This document shows positions 37,901 through 64,000 of a DNA stretch of 64,000 nt, one piece after another (within the stretch, counting starts at the first letter, position 1; every line of letters starts with the position of its first letter). The notes under the pieces are model-generated. The model saw nothing but the letters and a program-made list of their open reading frames with translations, was not told the origin of the DNA and ran no database searches. The DNA is from Antedon mediterranea. Taxonomy: Eukaryota > Animalia > Echinodermata. The stretch spans positions 16,886,101 to 16,950,100 of the forward strand of contig NC_092677.1 of NCBI RefSeq assembly GCF_964355755.1, read 5' to 3'. The position numbers were made by a program, and so were the translations under genes.

Positions 37901-40000
37901 GTTGCTCAGGCAGGCGACATCTTAAATTAACTCCAAGTCTTGTTTTAAACTTTTTCATCAACTTTAATTGCAAATGAATGGTTTCGACATAATTCAAGTC
38001 TGACGGAGTGGTTTAAAACGATAAAACATTAACACACTGTACATAGATTTTTTTTATTAAACATGGATACGTCTACTATCTGTTGGGACTTCATTTATAA
38101 AGCCAACAATTCTCCTTTTTACCAAAAAACTCATTGTTTAACCAAACATACTTAAAATCATGATTCTATCTATACAATTATTCCAAAGAGTGTATGCGTC
38201 AGAAGGAAGAAGCTAAGTTGGATTAAAGCATTTTAAATCTTGTTGCATAGCTAATTTTTTTTTTATTTTCGACGCAAACATAATCATAATTGTAGTAAAA
38301 ATTGAATTTCTATACTGTATAATTTACTTTTAAAGTTGCACACACTTTTTAATCATTCGTGACAAGCTTAACTTACGTAAGATGGCAGCGATAACAGAAC
38401 TTACAAAACAGAAAAACTCTCATCGCAAGCCTTTAGGTTACAAAGTGTGTAAGGACGGAGCATTATAGTATACTTTTTCTATAGCAAATATAAATATAAA
38501 TTTTTTCATCATTTTTTTCTTTTAAGCAAAATTTAAAGCACAGCTGTTTCAATGATTGTTCTACATCGGCCTATTAAATTAATTTAAATATATTTATGAA
38601 TGTAAATTTTTAATTACTTAATTCACAAAATTGCAACATGATTGGACGGATAGTAATATTATACGGAATGTTTCTTAAGACTATACAGGAATATACTACA
38701 GTACTATTTAACATTTAATAATAATTGTGCTCTATGCTAAGGTTATATAACACTATGTGGTCATGTGACCAATATAATAATCTGTCGCAGACAGGGAACT
38801 GAAGTATATATAACAAAAGAATGAAACCACAATACAAACAATATGAATACCTGACATGAGGTACTAAGGATTTGTATAATAAACATTTAAATAATTATAC
38901 TGTAAACTAAAATAAACGAAATAATCCCAAGTAAAGAATGTTATTTCTATTTTTATGAACTACTGAAAATAATCAATATTATATGCATTTTAATTCATAA
39001 TTTAGACAAAATCAAACTCAAATCAGATTTGCTTCGGTGGTGCTGTAAAAATCACCTAAAACATAGTCATTGAATGTCCTCAAACATCGACATTGGCAAT
39101 GTGTCGTCCTCTAGGCCACTGGTAGTCAAACTGTTATTATGTTTTGGGACTTAATCACCGCTAGAGCAATTTTCATACATCTATAGAAAATTGGCTCCAG
39201 TGGGATAAAACCTTTAGAACACCACAAAAGAGAAAATCTTTGCAATGATGCTGCAGGTGACACATAATTTTGCAGAGCAAAGCTAAACTTTTTCTCTTGT
39301 GGTGACCTCCAAGAACAACAGACCAATACATATTCAATATTACAGACTGTATAAATGTATCCATTGTATAATAGAGAATAAAAGATCTTTCATAATTGGA
39401 GGAAAAAATAACAGTATGACCAAAATAATGAATGAATATGAATTGAAATAATGTAATAAAAATGTTAAATAAAAACAGCTTCTAATGCCATGCTAATCTA
39501 TATATGACTTAATCAAAACAATATAATAACATGCAATTATTTACAATGTTATTTAAATCTATGAAATTAACTATAAAAAAATTATTATGAAATGAATGTT
39601 ATCTCTATTTCTAAGGCAGCGACATAGACAGGGTCTATCACTTGCCACATTTCAAAAAATATCTCTACCTCAATATATTTGCTACATTATTCTAACTATT
39701 ATCTATAGAATAAGTTAATATGATTTTAGTTTGTATAAAGGAATGAATTTCTGATCTGAGGAAGTTGAACTGGATGAAAACAATTGTTGCAATAATAATT
39801 TCAAGATGCTTCATGCATGTAACATGCACATAGTAAATTCACATCATGCAAAATGTTAAATTCTTAGTAACACAATGTGAATTATGCTTTCCTCTATCTA
39901 CATGAAATAAAAGGAAAACTACAAATTAAATAGATGGCTGCATTCCAAAATGATGAAAGCAATGAGGTTTGAAGTATGAGTATGAGATGAATCCAGTAGC

Positions 40001-63904
<23,904 letters not shown>

Positions 63905-64000
63905 TGAAGTAACATAAATAAATTATTTGATTACTATTTTGTTATTACAATAAAAAGAGAGCAAAATAATCGAAGAGGAAAAAAGATATTTAATTATATA

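Overview
AT-rich, intron-containing animal DNA, probably from a marine invertebrate; the species cannot be fixed from this window. Three genes can be spliced by eye. (1) A minus-strand NLR-type immune receptor (~10.1-23 kb) with a Death domain - DED - TRADD-N-like - NACHT - LRR-like architecture and six 69-aa tandem repeats inserted near its C-terminus. (2) A plus-strand 12-exon coiled-coil protein with a divergent C-terminal CAP-Gly domain (30.2-36.8 kb). (3) The 3' part of an outer-arm axonemal dynein heavy chain (DNAH5/DNAH8 class, minus strand, 40.0 kb to beyond the window end). Introns and intergenic DNA hold many mobile elements: an Academ-like transposase remnant; Harbinger-, Mutator-, Kolobok- and Ginger-like MITEs (one nested); Helentron/HINE elements; a 5'-truncated Tx1/L1 LINE; a Deu/Nin-type tRNA SINE; a 5S rRNA-derived SINE; and a cloverleaf tRNA-Asp(ATC)-like unit next to a long hairpin. 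Most notable are the three-module NLR with its expanding repeat, TAGGCCTA/TACAGTA scars (one inside a LINE target-site duplication), a perfect templated inverted insertion and an orphan first exon with promoter. All calls come from manual reading; no searches were run.
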